The notes beneath the pieces are model-generated. The model was not told the origin of the DNA. It did no database searches and was given only the letters and a program-made list of their open reading frames with translations. Source: Vicinamibacterales bacterium (GTDB lineage: Bacteria > Acidobacteriota > Vicinamibacteria > Vicinamibacterales > G965250185). Taken from it: a DNA stretch of 64,000 nt. The stretch spans positions 1,176,329 through 1,240,328 of the forward strand of contig OZ252293.1 of assembly GCA_965250185.1 (NCBI GenBank), given 5' to 3'. Of the stretch, positions 62,877 to 64,000 are shown piece after piece. The position numbers and the translations under genes were made by a program. The number at the start of each line of letters is the position of its first letter. The first letter of the stretch is position 1.

Positions 62877-64000
62877 ATGGTGAGAAGAGACGAAGTCGAC
62901 CCTGAGTGCTGGCCCTGGCTCGACGTTCCGGTCGAAGCGATTGCCGGTGCCGTCGGCACTCCCACCTACATCTATGCGGCGGATCGCATCCGTCGACGTG
63001 TGCGGTCGCTCGACGCCGCGCTCGGGTCGTACCCGCACGCGGTGCACTACGCGCTCAAGGCAAACTCCACGCTGGCGATCGTGCGGCTGCTCAGGGAGGC
63101 AGGCTGCGCCGTCGACGCGAATTCTGGCGGCGAGATCGAGGTCGCCCTGCGCGCCGGCTGTGCCCCGTCCGAGATCGTCTTCACGGGCGTGGGCAAGACG
63201 GACGACGAGTTGGCGCGCGCCGTGACGCTCCAGATCGGCACGATCAACGCGGAGTCGGCCGGCGAGTTGACGCGCATCGACCAGATCGCGAGGGCCCAGG
63301 GATGCCGGGCGCGGGTGGCGGTCCGGGTCAATCCCGACGTCGACGCCAGGAGCCATCCTCACATTTCGACTGGCTTGAGTGTCAGTAAGTTCGGCGTGGC
63401 GCTCGAAGAGACGCGAGAGCTATGTGCCTCCGTCGCGGACCGGCCGGGCCTGGAACTCGTGGGACTCCACGTGCACGTCGGCTCCCAGGTGACGATCCTC
63501 GAGCCCTTGCGGCGGGCGACGCAGATCGTGGTCGATCTCGCGGCTGAGCTCCGGAGTGATGGAGTCGCGATTGGCACGATAGACGTGGGTGGCGGGCTGG
63601 GTATCTCGTACGATGGCACGCCCGTGCCGTCACTCGAGCAGTACGCTGCCGCACTGCTCGACATCGTCGCCCCCTCGGGTCTGCACCTCGTCGTCGAGCC
63701 TGGGCGCTCGCTGGTTGGACCGGCCGGGCTTCTGCTCACACGAGTCGTCGACGTCAAGCCTCGTGGCGCCGAGCGATGGTGCGTCGTGATGGACTCGGGC
63801 ATGACCGAACTGCTACGCCCTGCGCTGTACAGCGCCTACCATCGCATCGAGCCGGTCGCCCCAGGGCGACATCCTGTCGTCTCCTGCGATATCGTGGGGC
63901 CCGTGTGCGAGACGAGCGACACACTGGGTGCCGAGCGCCGGCTGCCTCGTCCGGACCCCGGGGATCTCATGGTGATTCTGGACGTCGGCGCCTACGGTTC
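62877..64000 (+). CDS. lysA: Diaminopimelate decarboxylase (3' end runs off the window)
   Basis: My own translation from ATG 62877 gives ...GTPTYIYAADRIRRRVRSL...HYALKANS (PLP lysine)...GGEIEVAL...HVHVGSQ...DVGGGLGISY...EPGRSLVGPAG...CETSD.... It is not in the ORF track because it is open at the window edge. Confidence 0.9.
   Translation, partial: MVRRDEVDPECWPWLDVPVEAIAGAVGTPTYIYAADRIRRRVRSLDAALGSYPHAVHYALKANSTLAIVRLLREAGCAVDANSGGEIEVALRAGCAPSEIVFTGVGKTDDELARAVTLQIGTINAESAGELTRIDQIARAQGCRARVAVRVNPDVDARSHPHISTGLSVSKFGVALEETRELCASVADRPGLELVGLHVHVGSQVTILEPLRRATQIVVDLAAELRSDGVAIGTIDVGGGLGISYDGTPVPSLEQYAAALLDIVAPSGLHLVVEPGRSLVGPAGLLLTRVVDVKPRGAERWCVVMDSGMTELLRPALYSAYHRIEPVAPGRHPVVSCDIVGPVCETSDTLGAERRLPRPDPGDLMVILDVGAYG

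Noticed and set aside
62772-63362. 196-aa minus-strand ORF at the 5' end of lysA
   Set aside because: It is antisense to a clear diaminopimelate decarboxylase reading frame that is missing from the ORF track only because it runs off the window.

Overview
High-GC (roughly 65-70% by eye), gene-dense chromosomal segment with about 50 protein-coding genes on both strands. I found no rRNA, tRNA, CRISPR array, transposase, integrase or prophage signature. The gene content suggests a proteolytic Gram-negative soil bacterium, possibly Acidobacteriota- or Gemmatimonadota-like; this taxonomy is inference only. That content includes a CarboxypepD_reg-type TonB-dependent receptor, a PD40 propeller protein, M1, M28 and S8 peptidases, lpxC and several lipid-remodelling genes. 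Recognisable housekeeping genes are fdhD, pcm, infA, cca, tkt, nadE, uvrA, lpxC, lysA (3' end runs off the window), an NAD-isocitrate dehydrogenase and a threonine dehydratase. Most of the long ORFs in the supplied track are high-GC shadow frames or over-extended N-termini, so I trimmed the starts by hand. Leads, best first: (1) a head-to-head pair of very large TLC/MFS-like transporter-HEAT repeat fusion paralogs (30430-37169), one ending in two degenerate cNMP-binding-like domains. (2) An S8 peptidase whose C-terminus is about 19 tandem hexapeptide (xIxWGD) repeats encoded by near-identical 18-nt units. It is preceded by a sigma-54-type -24/-12 motif and followed by a sigma-54 activator with a roughly 560-aa TPR-like sensor region (42371-47300). 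(3) A compact operon of ECF sigma, STAS protein, 92-aa acidic protein and an atypical radical-SAM enzyme, with no recognisable anti-sigma factor or kinase (60063-62800). (4) A DisA_N-like protein with a degenerate active-site motif placed head-to-head with an AMP-ligase-ACP-acyltransferase fusion. Caveat: at least four conserved genes, and possibly six, carry single-base frame disruptions. The assembly therefore looks indel-prone, and pseudogene calls should be treated as provisional.
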